From contig NC_087250.1 of the NCBI RefSeq assembly GCF_037042905.1, forward strand, positions 17,982,001-18,046,000: a stretch of 64,000 nucleotides of DNA, written 5' to 3'. This DNA comes from Lytechinus pictus (taxonomy: Eukaryota). The notes under the pieces are model-generated. The model saw only the letters and a list, made by a program, of their open reading frames with translations, was not told where the DNA came from and ran no database searches. Positions 12,601 to 24,600 of this stretch are shown here, one piece after another (position 1 is the first letter of the stretch; each line of letters starts with the position of its first letter). The translations under genes and the position numbers were made by a program.

Positions 12601-15600
12601 TCCTCAGCTGAAAGGATTAGTTTTGTGCAAATTAATGCAGTGGATATGGACAAAGAGCAAATTATCTGTAACATGCTTATCAACAATCAGAGGGTACCGT
12701 TCCAACTAGACTCAGGTGCAACAGTGAATCTTCTTCCACAAAAGTATCTAAAAGAGGAGGATGTAGTTCAGAGTGCAAACATCCGTCTATCTATGTGGAA
12801 CAAAGCTACGACTCAGGCTATTGGCAAGTGTAAGGTAATAACCAGAAATCCTGCTACTGGCAAGAAATACAAAGTTGAATACATTGTAGTAAAGGAAGAT
12901 CTACCTCCACTGTTGAGCAAAACAACAGGGGAAAAGATGCAAATCATTACTGTTCATTATGATTCCCTTGAGCTAGTACGCAGCATAGTTCCTAAGGACA
13001 TTGCTGAGATAAGTCCTGACAAGTATCCTGATGTGTTTTCGTCTTCTTCAATTGGCACTCTGCCTGGAAGTCCTGTTCATCTGACAGTTACGGATGATGC
13101 AATGCCTACTGTTTGCCCAGCTAGAATCATCCCTGAATCATTGAAAGGCAAAGTAAAGGATGCACTTGATGATCTTCAGGCAAAAGACATCATCGAAGAA
13201 GTCAGCTCTCCAACTGATTGGGTAAATCAGATGGCTGTGGTGCAGAAAAATCTGGTAAAGTACGTGTTTGTCTAGACCCCTGACCTCTCAACATCGTGCT
13301 TAAGAGGGAGCACTATCCCTTACCTGTCTTAGGTGATATTCTACCTCAGCTTTTCAGATGCTACAGTCTTTTCAATCTGTGACTTGAAAGACGGATACCT
13401 TCACTGCAAGTTAGATGAAGAGTCTAGTTTACTGACGACTTTTGCCACACCCTGGGCAAGGTACAGATGGAAACGTCTTCCATTTGGTTTGAAATTCAGC
13501 AGTGAAATCTTCCAAAAGAGGCTTCACCAAGCACTTGATGGCCTTTCTGGAGTCCGCTGTGTGGCCGATGACATCATCATCTGGGGCAACAGTGACGCTG
13601 AGCATGATGCCCGACTATATTGTCTACTGAAGAGATGTCAAGCTGTTGGCATTGTGTTGAACAAGGAGAAATGCCAGTTCCGACTGAAGGAAATCTCATT
13701 CCTTGGCCACATAGTATCCAACTCTGGACTCAAACCTAATCCATCAAAGATCGAAGCTATCCTGAACATGAGCGATGCTTCCTGCAAAGATGACATCCAT
13801 CGTTTGCGTGGCATGGTAAACTACTTATCGAGATACCTACCTAAGTTATCAGATGTGATCATACCTCTCAATGAGCCTGTTCAGACCGGCAGAGATAGCG
13901 CGATCTAGCGCGCGCTAGATCGCGCTATCTCTGCGGTGTGGAAGGTACAACGTCGTTTCGGTCAGCCCAACAGCGAGCACCGGCGAACCAAAACGGCGTG
14001 CCACTGGAGCACCTCTTGGGGGTGGTCCACGAGAGATAGCGCGGTCTAGCGCGCGCTAGATCGCGCTATCTCTGCCGGTGTGAACCCGAGCTACGATAGC
14101 ACGCAGGAAGTCATCGTTCTACTTTCGTCGTCTCTTCTGGGAGTTTGCTTCTATCCATTGTTGTATATCTAAAGTTACAGGTACATCCATAATCCTGCTG
14201 CGATCCTGCTGTGATCACGTCCACAAACACAGTTAAAATACAAGAATCTATAATCTAGATTAATCAAATTAGAAATACATGCACAATGTATACAACGCCA
14301 TGAAATAAACGTAGGCCGTGTTACAACCGATACTTGGGACCTTTCGCAATCCTCACGGACGCTAATATTAGGGTCCCCTAACACAAAAGTTAACGCTTAA
14401 TCATACACTTGATTTTTAAGATTGAATGTGCATTATAGTCAATAGAATCAAACGTAGAAAACTGCTCTACAATCAATGCTAAACTTTGTGTTACAGGGGG
14501 GTTACAGGCCCTACAGATCTGCTTTTCGTGTGCAAAATCCTTTTCTGCGACACTCGCACCATACATAGCATGTATATTACGACTGATGGTTTGAGATATT
14601 CGAAATGAAGACCTAAAATAGATTATGACATGAATAAGAAAGTGGTTTTTCAAACAAATTGAGTACATATTGAGTGAGGAAAAACTTACTGAATGAAGGC
14701 TTAGATATAGATCATTACAGTCCATCGAATCGATATTACATTTAATGTGGATTATTGGTGTATCACTGGCAATTGATTTCATGGGTCAGATCAACCTCTC
14801 CAGCCGAACATTTCGCGTGAGTTGATATGTGCACACCATTATGTAATACATTTGAACTCGTTTCTTTTTGTTTCTTTTGTTTCTTTTGTTTATTCCTTCT
14901 ACACAAACGATATGCCTCTCGCACACGATGTAATGGGCATTATGTTTTACTTCCCCCAGAAATGGGGATTAGATTCAAATTCCGGGGGGACCACTTCCAT
15001 TAATGAGTGGATACCAGGCACGACCATGGGGTTTCGAAAAATACCCTAAACAAGCTGGGAAGTAATTCTTTTCCAGATTATGAAAATGCATCTCTTAACA
15101 AGAATTTGGCTTGTGAAACCCTACAAGTATTGGATATCCCTTTTTTGTCAGCATTTTAAACATCGTTTTGACACCCTTATAACGTTACATAGGCCTATAC
15201 GTAACGTACCTGCCCACTCTGTCCCCTTTTACGCGTGGTCGCTCCTGGGATCCACTAATCAATGGAAGTGGGCCCCCCGGGCGGCCTCTCGAGCTCTAGG
15301 AGGAGTCAAATGTGGCTTTGGAAAGTCGTCCTCAATGAGATATATCGCTGTTACCATAGTAGCAACCAAAATTTTGCACACGAAACGCATATTGAATGTT
15401 TCCGTCGCAGATGCGAAACGAAAAAAAAATCTCATGTCACACAATTTGCATTGCAGGACGACCATGATGACGGGCCCAAAAAGTCTCTTCCAAAATCAAC
15501 TAACGTCGTAAATAAGCGTGCGCGTCCTCAAACGAAAGGTCCGGACTGTCGCACCAACGCATAATGTCGCACCAACGCATAATGTCGCAGATTGCGACAT

Positions 15601-18600
15601 TATGCCAAGAGCGTCCGACGCATAATGTCGCAGTCAACGCATAATAAGGAGCTTTCTATTTGCATGTCGACTAGTGGACTGCGACGAAAGTACGTCATAA
15701 TAGTCTGCTTTGTGTTTACGGTATACAGAACCGCTGGAGTATATCACCACGGGGCTTCAATCAATGGGCAAGGATTTGATTGCTCGTTTACTACGTTTCG
15801 AACGAGCGTGATCTGAGCGAAATCCACGTTCGTCATCATGAAGTTGACGTGTAAGGAATGGCTTGCACATGCTCAGTGTCTTCCAATCATGTGCTCGACT
15901 GACTTTGTATACCATCAACACAAAGCAGACTATTGTGACGTACTTTCGTCGCAGTCCACTAGTCGACATGCAAATAGAAAGTTCCTTAATGTCGTAGTTT
16001 TTCTAACGCATAACGTCACATGTCGCAACGCATAATGTCGCAGCAAGTTGTCAACGCATAACGTCACATGTCGCAACGCATAATGTCGCAGCGGTATTTT
16101 CTTCAGGACTCAAGCTACAGATAAGATATGAAATATGCTTTTACTAAGTGTTTTGAGACACGAGAAAGATAATTAAGTGATTTGGAAATTAGGATTACTC
16201 TTTGTATGGATATTTATCGGTTTATTGCCATTTCGTCTACTGTCTTTTTCCCACTATCGCATGGTCTGATATCATTTCGTCTACCATTAGTTAGTCAACT
16301 ATCAACAAAGTCCAATAACCATTTCGTCTTATTACCATCTCTTCTAATAGCCAGTTGGTCTAATAGCCGTTTTGTTTATTATCATTTAGTCTAATTGTAT
16401 TTTTTTTCAATCAGTCCAATATCCACTTTGTCGAATATCATTACGTCTATTACCTTTTGGTCGAATAGCCAAGTGGTCTAATAACCACCTGGTCTATTCT
16501 CATTTCGTCCATGTTCCATTTGATCTAACTTAAGTTGGTTCGCTGTCACTTTGTCAAAACCCATTTCGGCTAACAATCATTTGGTATCGTTGCCATGGGT
16601 CTAATCACCATCTTGTCCAATCATCATTTCGTCCAATAGGCATATTCATTTCATCTTATAACCATTATGGTCTACTGGTACTAGACCTCTACGGTGACTC
16701 TATGTACCATTGCCGACTTGTTGCAGTACTACTCCTGATTTGTGGTTCAGATCAGAAAATGGAAAAGAAGGGAGAGAGGAGGGAAAACGAGGAAAAATAA
16801 GAGGAGACAGAAGGGTGAATAAAAAAGAGTGAGGTGAAGACTTGGAAAAAAAAACAAATCTTTCAAGCTCAAAAGAGGCGCGATAGCTCAGTGGAGCGGG
16901 GGGTTCTGATTCCGGTGACCCAGATATGATTCCTAATTGGTGCATTAGTGCCCCTTGGAGAGGACCTTAAGCCGTCGGTCCTCTGGTTACTTGCTTACAA
17001 GAAATCATGCTTTCTTAGCAACCAGGTAAAAAAACACCATGTACTATATAGCTAAAATTTTCGCTCGCGCTTCGCTCTCTCATCAACATCCACTTCAGAA
17101 TTTTCATGCATAGCGCTTGAAAAAGTGCTTAAATTTACCCCTTTTTGGACTGGAATATGAAGCATTAATCTCCACAGGCTTTTGAAAAAATCCTCATATT
17201 TTTTAAAAATTGGGAATGGAAATATAGTTTCTCTAAATGTACTCAAATATCGACCGACGGGCACACGGGTGAAGATTCGAAGCCGGCGCGTGGAAAGTAA
17301 CTTTAAAAATTTCACCAGAAAAATGAAAACAAGTTACCATGCAAACTTTACATATTAGACCAAGTGGCATGTAGACGAAATGAATGTTAGACTATCTGGA
17401 AATTAGATCAAGTGGAAATTGGCCGAAATGGAATTAAGACCAACTGCACATTAGACCAACTGAATATAGACCAAATGAATAATGGACCAAGTGAGGATTA
17501 GACCAACTGGTATTAGACCAACTAGTATTAGACCATCCGACTATTAGACGAACTGGTATTAGACCAAATGCAATTAGACCAAGTGACAATAAAATACATT
17601 AGACGAAATGGCAATTAGACCAAATGAAAATCAGACCAAGTGGCAATTAGTCCAACTGGGAATAAGACCAAGTGGCTATTAGATCAAGAGGTCATTAGAC
17701 CAATTGGCTAATAGACCAAGTGGTCATTAGACCAAAAGAGAATAGGACTAAGTGGGTTTGTCACGAATGTTGTTAGCCAATCTGATGATTAGACTTAGTG
17801 ATAATAGACCATCCGTCAGTAAACCGAAAAAATACCGGAAATTGGACCTATTGGTGATTGGACCATGGCAACGATACCAAATGATTGTTTTCCGAAATGG
17901 GTTTCGACAAAGTGATAGTCAACCAACTTAAGTTAGACCAAATGGAACATGAATGAAATGAGAGTAGACCAAGTGGTTATTAGACCAATTGGCTATTAGG
18001 CCAAAGGGTAATAGACGTATATAATGATATTGGACAAAGTGGAAATTGGACCAATTGAAAAAAATAGAATTAGACTTAATGATAATTGACAAAACGGCTA
18101 TTAGACCAACTGGCTACTAGACGAGATGGTAATTAGACGAAATGATTAGTGGACTTTGTTGATAGTTGACTAACTAATGGTAGACGAAATGATATCAGAC
18201 CATGCGATAGTGGGAAAAGGGCAGTAGACGAAATGGCAACAAACCGATAAATATCCATACAAAGAGTAATCCTAATTTCCAGATCACTTGATTTTCTTTC
18301 TCGTGTATCAAACTACTTAGTGAAATCATATTTTATATGTTATCTGTAGCTCGAGTCCTGAAGAAAATACCACTGCGACATTATGCGTTGCGACATGTGA
18401 CGTTATGCGTTGACAACTTGCTGCGACATTATGCGTTGCGACATGTGACGTTATGCGTTAGAAAAGTACGACATTATGCGTTGACTGCGACATTATGCGT
18501 CGGATGCTCTTGGCATAATGTCGCAATCTGCGACATTATGCGTTGATGCGACACTTGGGACCTTTCGCAATCCTCACGAACGCTAATATTAGGGTCTCCT

Positions 18601-21600
18601 AACACAAAAGTTAACGCTTAATCATACACTTGATTTTTAAGATTGATTGTGCATTATAGTCAATAGAATCAAACGTAGAAAACTGCTCTACAATCAATGC
18701 TAAGCTTTGTGTTACAGGGGGGTTACAGGCCCTACAGATCTGCTTTTCGTGTGCAAAATCCTTTTCCGCGACACCCGCACCATACATGCATGTATATAAC
18801 GACTGATGGCTGGAGATATTCGAAACGAAGACCTAAAATAGATTATGACATGGATAAGAAAGTGGTTTTTCAAACAAATCGAGTACATATTGAGTGAGGA
18901 AAAACTTACTGAATGAAGGCTTAGATATAGATCATTACAGTCCATCGAATCGATATTACATTTAATGTGGATTATAGGTGTATCACTGGCAATTGATTTC
19001 ATAGGTCAGATCACCTCTCCAGCCGAACATTTCGCGTGAGTTGATATGTGCACACCATATGCAATACGTTTGAACTCGTTTCTTTTTGTCTCTTTTGTTT
19101 CTTTTGTTTACTCCTTCTACACAAACGATATGCCTCTCGCACACGATGTAATGGACATTATTATATGTTTTACTTTCCCCAGAAATTGGGATTAGATTCA
19201 AATTCCGGGGGGACCACTTCCATTGATGAGTGGATACCAGGCACGACCATGGGGTTTCGAAAAGTACCCTAAACAAGGGAAGTAATTCTTTTCCAGATAA
19301 AATGCATCTCTTAACAAGAATTTGGCTTGTGAAACCCTACAAGTATTGGATATATATCCCTTTTTTGTCAGCATTTGAAACATCGTTTTGACACCCTTAT
19401 AACGTTACATAGGCCTATACGTAATGTACCTGTCCACTCTGTCCCCTTTTACGCGTGGCCGCTCCAGGTATCCACTAATCAATGGAAGTGGGCCCCCCGG
19501 GCGGCCTCTGGAGTTCTAGGAGGAGTCAAATGTGGCTTTGGAAAGTCGTCCTCAATCGGATATATCGCTGTTACCATAGTAGCAACTAAAATTTTGCACA
19601 CGAAACGCATATTGAATGCTTCCGTCGCAGATGCGAAACGAAAAAAAAATCTCATGTCACACAATTTGCATTGAAGGACAGAGTTTTACGACCATGATGA
19701 CGGGCCCAAAAAGTCTCTTCCAAAATCAACTAACGTCGTAAATAAGCGGGCGCGTTCTCAAACGAAAGGTCGGGATTATCGGTTGTAACAGGCCGGCTAG
19801 CATAATAGGCACAGCGATATCGAGCTCTCAACTAACTAGTACGGGTTCGTAATAGCGCGCGAAATCTTTGAATCTTTGATAGTCTAGATTCTAGACGTTG
19901 GTGTACTTGTTATTTCTCTCCCCTTGCTTTATTCTCCCCTGCGCGCCATCTCCAGTGATCGCGCTATCCCCTCTTTCACGCCCCTCACCATGATGAGGGT
20001 AGGAAATCGTGTGGCTGTTTTCATTTCCGGCGTAGAGGTCGAGGATTTTATTATTGATCAACTGAAAAGTAGAACAGTCCTGGCAAAGGACTAAATCTTT
20101 GACCGCTCTGACCACTAGCGTACCTACGGGGGGGGGGGGGGGGGGGGGGGCAGGTGGGGCACTCTGCCCCCCCCTGGCGAGTCACAACCCATACAAAAGA
20201 CATATACCTGCCCCCCCCCTGACGAGCTTAAAAGACCTCTTTTGCCGAAAACCTTCATTTTTTAATTGAAGACCTTTTTTTTTTTTTTTTTGCTTGTCAA
20301 ATTTTTTGGCGGCCGATTTTGCCCCCCCTGTGGAAAATCCTAGGTACGCCACTGGCTCTGACCTCATGATGTCACGCGTCATGGCAACAGGACCTCTCAA
20401 AAAAGGGGGTGCTACGATAGACCGCGCTATCTCACTGCGGTGTGAATCCGGCGAATGCCAATGGGCGGACCGTGGATCGCGCTACGATAGCGCGATCCAG
20501 GGTCCGCCCACGGTCCCCCCTTGCGGTGTGAACAGCCTCAATGACTTGACACATAACAACTCAGCGTGGACTTGGGACTCCAACCACGACAAAGCTTTCA
20601 AGCTGTTGAAAGAGATGCTAGTGCAAGCACTTGTGTTGGCCTTCTACGATCATAGCAAACTGCTAGAAATTCTTACTGATGCCAGCTCCATAGGCGTGGG
20701 TGCGGTTATGCTACAAGATGGTAGACCGATAGCCTATACTAGCAGAATGCTGAGTGATGCTGAATCCAGATACTCTGTCACTGAGAAAGAAATGCTTGGT
20801 ATAGTATTTGCACTGAAGAAATGGAATCAATACACTTATGGCCGTGAAATAACTGTGTTCACTGACCACAAACATCTTGAAAGCATCTGCAAGAAACACC
20901 TGGATAGAGTTTCAAAGCGTCTGCAAGGGTTACTGCTACGAGCTCTTGCATATGACATACAAGTGAGATATCTCAAGGGCAAGGAAAACGTTCTGGCTGA
21001 TGTTCTTAGCCGTGCTTCTCTTCCCTATGAGAGTGGACAACATGATCTAGAAGTGGTGAATGCTGTTTACCACTTGGCACTCCCTGATGACAAGATAGCA
21101 GAGATAAAAAGACAGACTGCCAATGACCCTACTCTCTGCCAACTCAAAAACACCATTCTTGAAGGGTGGCCAGACCACAAGTCACAACTTCCTCAGTCAC
21201 TCACCCCGTACTTTGGTTTCAGAGATGACCTTTCTGTCAGTGATGATCTAATCTTCAAGGGTGACCGGCTTGTAGTCCCAAAACAAGTCAGGCACAAAAT
21301 GAAATATGAGTTACATCGTGGTCTCAAGGGTGTCGAGTCAACTTTGAGGAGAGCTCGTGATCATCTCTACTGGCCGGGCATGAGTAAAGAAATCAAGGAA
21401 TTTATTCAAACATGTGACACATGCCAAGAAAACTCTAGCTCACAGCCTGCCCAGCCTCTGATGTCGCACCAGATTATTGACAAACCATGGGCCAAGATAG
21501 GACTTGATCTTTTCCATCATAGTAATGACACATATCTGATCATGGTCTGTTATTACTCAAACTTCTTTGCGATGGACAAACTATAGAGGACAACTGCCCC

Positions 21601-24600
21601 TTCAGTCATCAAGAAACTGAAACACCAGTTTGGGAGATATGGAGTACGTGAAATCATCGTATCTGACAATGGTCCCCCTTTCTCCTCTAACGAATTTGCT
21701 GAATTTGCCAAAAAGCTTGGAGTTAAGCATAATACCATCTCTCCATACAACAGCAAAGCTAATGGCAAAGCAGAGTCTGCTGTCAAGACTTCAAAAAGAC
21801 TACTTACAAGATGCAAGGATACTGGAGATGATGTTGATCAAGCCTTACTCAACATTCGCAACACCCCTACACAAGGTATCCAGAGTAGTCCAGTCCAGAG
21901 ATTCATGGGTCGTCGGACTCGTACTCTCCTCCCACTTCGACTCGGTTGCTTGCAACTGATCGCAACCCACAGGCTGATCTTGAGAGACTGAAAGAAGGCC
22001 AGAAACGTCAAGCAAAGTATTTCAATAGAGATACAAGAAAGTTGAAAGATCTCTCACCAGGAGCAATAGGAAGAGTCAAGTCATTCAACAATGACAAGAA
22101 GTGGAAGAAAGCAGTTATCCTTAAGAAACTGGATGACCGTTCCTATGAAGTTCGTTGTGAGGGCCAGGTTCTCAGAAGGAACAGAGAACACATCAGAGCC
22201 ACATCTGAACCACAAGATGTACATGACACTGGTCCTGCTCTTTACAACTGGAGACGTTCTGATGGTAATCCTCAACCTGATGTACCAACTACTGAGCGCC
22301 ATACTTCCCATACCAGGACCCAGATATCCCAGACCGCGGATATCAACAGTCCGGAGAAGTCGCGTGATGCAAACTTGAATACCTCAGAAATGGAACCAAC
22401 CAACCCAGCTTCCCTGAGACGATCTAGACGTCAGCGACGCGAACCGCTTAAGATGAGGGATTTAGTTACGTTTTGAACATATAAACCGAAGAAGGAAAGA
22501 AAGTGAATGCTGAAATAAACAAACTGAACGCTAACATTTCTTAAACATTTTTTTTTTGCTTTAACTCAAGCAAATTTTGAAGTCAGAACTGAACCAACAA
22601 CCAACTCATCTATCAAATCGTTTATTTGGACTTATTTTTATTTTGTGAAATCAACCTGGACAATTAAACCTGGACTTTAAAAACATTTTGTTTGCAACTA
22701 GAAGAACTGTTTTGAACTCAATTATTATTTTTTTGCAAGTATTATAATTGTGCAACTACAAAAAATGTGAAAGTCTCATAAACTGGTATTTTGGACATAT
22801 ATTTTGGAAACATTTTACATACAGCGCGTCCCAAAAAAATGTCCCTCTGACATAGGGCTGAATTAATTCTAAAATGTGGTAGTATTCTCAAATAAATTTT
22901 CATGAGTGGAAAGCTCATCTCTTTATCTAACTTCTGTGAAAATTTCATTGGTCACGCTTCAGCGGTTTTGAATACACACTCTGTTACGTAACAGTGGTGC
23001 ATTTTAGCCCATTCCAAGTTTGCAGCATTGATGCATTTTTACATTGTGTATGGCATATCAACTTCAATTTTTACATCAAGGATCTGAGCAGGGACATTTC
23101 CCTTATCATATCCAGGCTCATGAAATCATAAACTTTGGCATGTTTGGATAAGAAACATAAAAATTAAGATTGTTTGATGATTGATAAGGGGATCAGTGCA
23201 ACATCTTGGAAAGAAAATGTGAATGATGGATGAGTAAAATAAGCTGAAAAAATAAAGGGTAATCCACAAGTTAATCACCCTTTGCGAAAAGGAACTTTAC
23301 CAGAGAAATATTTGACTTTTTTAAAGTTACATTGGATTAACTTAACCACAGTAGCTTATTGACTAAAAAAATAATGAAAACAAAAATGCAGTATTAGGCA
23401 TGAATTAGGCATGTAACAGACATGACCCGTTGTCTTAATCATTGTGCATCTTCTGTTATCAAACATGAAATGAACTGTCAAATATTGTTTTTGCCCTTCT
23501 GAACATGCTCAAGGTTGTGATTTGATGAGCTTGGTTAGATCATAGAGATTTCCCTGGTCAGATCAGGGAATTCCTTGGTCAGAACTTTCAAAGGGGGTTG
23601 ATATGCTAGAAAGTGCAGAACACACAGCAGTGCTGCATACATGCAAACTTGGAATGGGCTGAAAAGCACCACTGTTAAATAATAGACTGTGTATTCAAAA
23701 CCATTGAAGCGAGATCAATGAAAATTTTATAGAAGTTAGAACATGATATGAGCTTCCTAAATCCATACATTTCATTGAGAATAATTTTATTTTTTGAAGT
23801 AATTTAGCCGCATATCAGAGGAACATTTTTTTTGGGACGCGCTGTACATGTAATTGTTTGGTTGAAAATTGATACTTTTTGTAATTATATACATTCTTTC
23901 TAGCACAAAGCTCAAAGAAGGGAGGATGTTACAATATCTGCATGTTTATGAGATTTGAGGAGCATGTAATGATCCTGCCAAAAGAGGGCGCTACAAACCT
24001 TTAGTACTTATTGAATGCTTCTCTCTCGACTGTACATAAGCTGTGTTATTCTGTTTGACTCTGACTCATAATATAACTTGAAAAAATTTGATGCAAGATA
24101 AAAGAGAAATGCATAGAAATACGCCTCGGTCAATGAAGGGCCGTGCCAGGAATCGAACCCCGGACTTTCAATGTGTAGTCGGGCGGCTTAGACCACTCGG
24201 CCACGACACCACACCGTTAATAGTGAAAATGATTGCGATCGATGCGACTTGTAATAACTTATTGCAATGATGTTCTTAAAAACGTCAAATTTGATATTTT
24301 GTAAGTAGCATCAAGGTCATTTTAAGAAAGAAAAAAGCCCCTATGCTTTACTGTTACCAATGATACGTTTATTGTTTTACTGCAATATCAGTCTTCATAG
24401 ACTTACCCTTGATTGAGTCCCACACACGACAAACGATGTCTGGTTTCACCTGCTCTGGATTGACGACCAAAGAAGAGTGTGATATAGTGATCTTAACAGA
24501 TTTGTTGAAGTTTAAAGTTTGAGGGTCACACTTGATCCCATAGCAGGCCATTGATTCACCTTCAGTGATATCGACACAAGGATTGTCTCGCAGGATGGTT

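Larger units (their letters stand above)
14319..19790. mobile_element. Foldback element with TGT...ACA ends and 5-bp TSD (Ginger-like termini), long modular TIRs
   Basis: GGCCG at 14314-14318 and 19791-19795; TGTTACAACCGAT / ATCGGTTGTAACA ends. Inverted arms ~15548-16610 and ~17850-18552 are built of acgcataatgtcgca and tagaccaa repeats. Confidence 0.85.
13874..20538. mobile_element. PIF/Harbinger-group (PHIS-like) non-autonomous element inserted in Gypsy RT
   Basis: TIRs AGCCTGTTCAGACCG / CGGTGTGAACAGCCT. Target TCAATGA duplicated; the TSD parses as AAT, CAATG or TCAATGA because the site is near-palindromic. gatagcgcg palindromic motifs at both ends. Confidence 0.85.
11350..24085 (+). mobile_element. 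Ty3/Gypsy LTR retrotransposon (Mag/SURL-like), degenerate, with nested insertions
   Basis: 159-bp LTRs at 11350-11508 (TGTT..AACA) and 23927-24085, PBS-like TGATGGCAGTGG at 11509, PPT AAAGAAGGGAGGA. Contains gag with CCHC, protease LDSGA, RT (VADD), RNase H (TDAS..TDHK) and integrase (SDNGPPF, NGKAE) in Gypsy order. Confidence 0.95.

Noticed and set aside
14390..15564. Duplicated 100-140-aa ORFs in the 1.2-kb elements
   Set aside because: Stops and frames differ between the two copies and there are no domain motifs; these are non-coding MITE sequence.
15548..18552. CRISPR-like short repeats (acgcataatgtcgca; tagaccaa units)
   Set aside because: The units are degenerate, lack unique constant-length spacers, are mirrored as TIR arms and have no cas genes; the context is eukaryotic.
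20294..20537. N-terminal extension of the 430-aa ORF
   Set aside because: It is read-through from nested transposon ends; Gypsy coding resumes only at ~20538.
24130..24210. tRNA gene (also 34530-34599 and 58561-58635)
   Set aside because: A and B boxes are present, but there is no complete cloverleaf and SINE bodies or tails follow.
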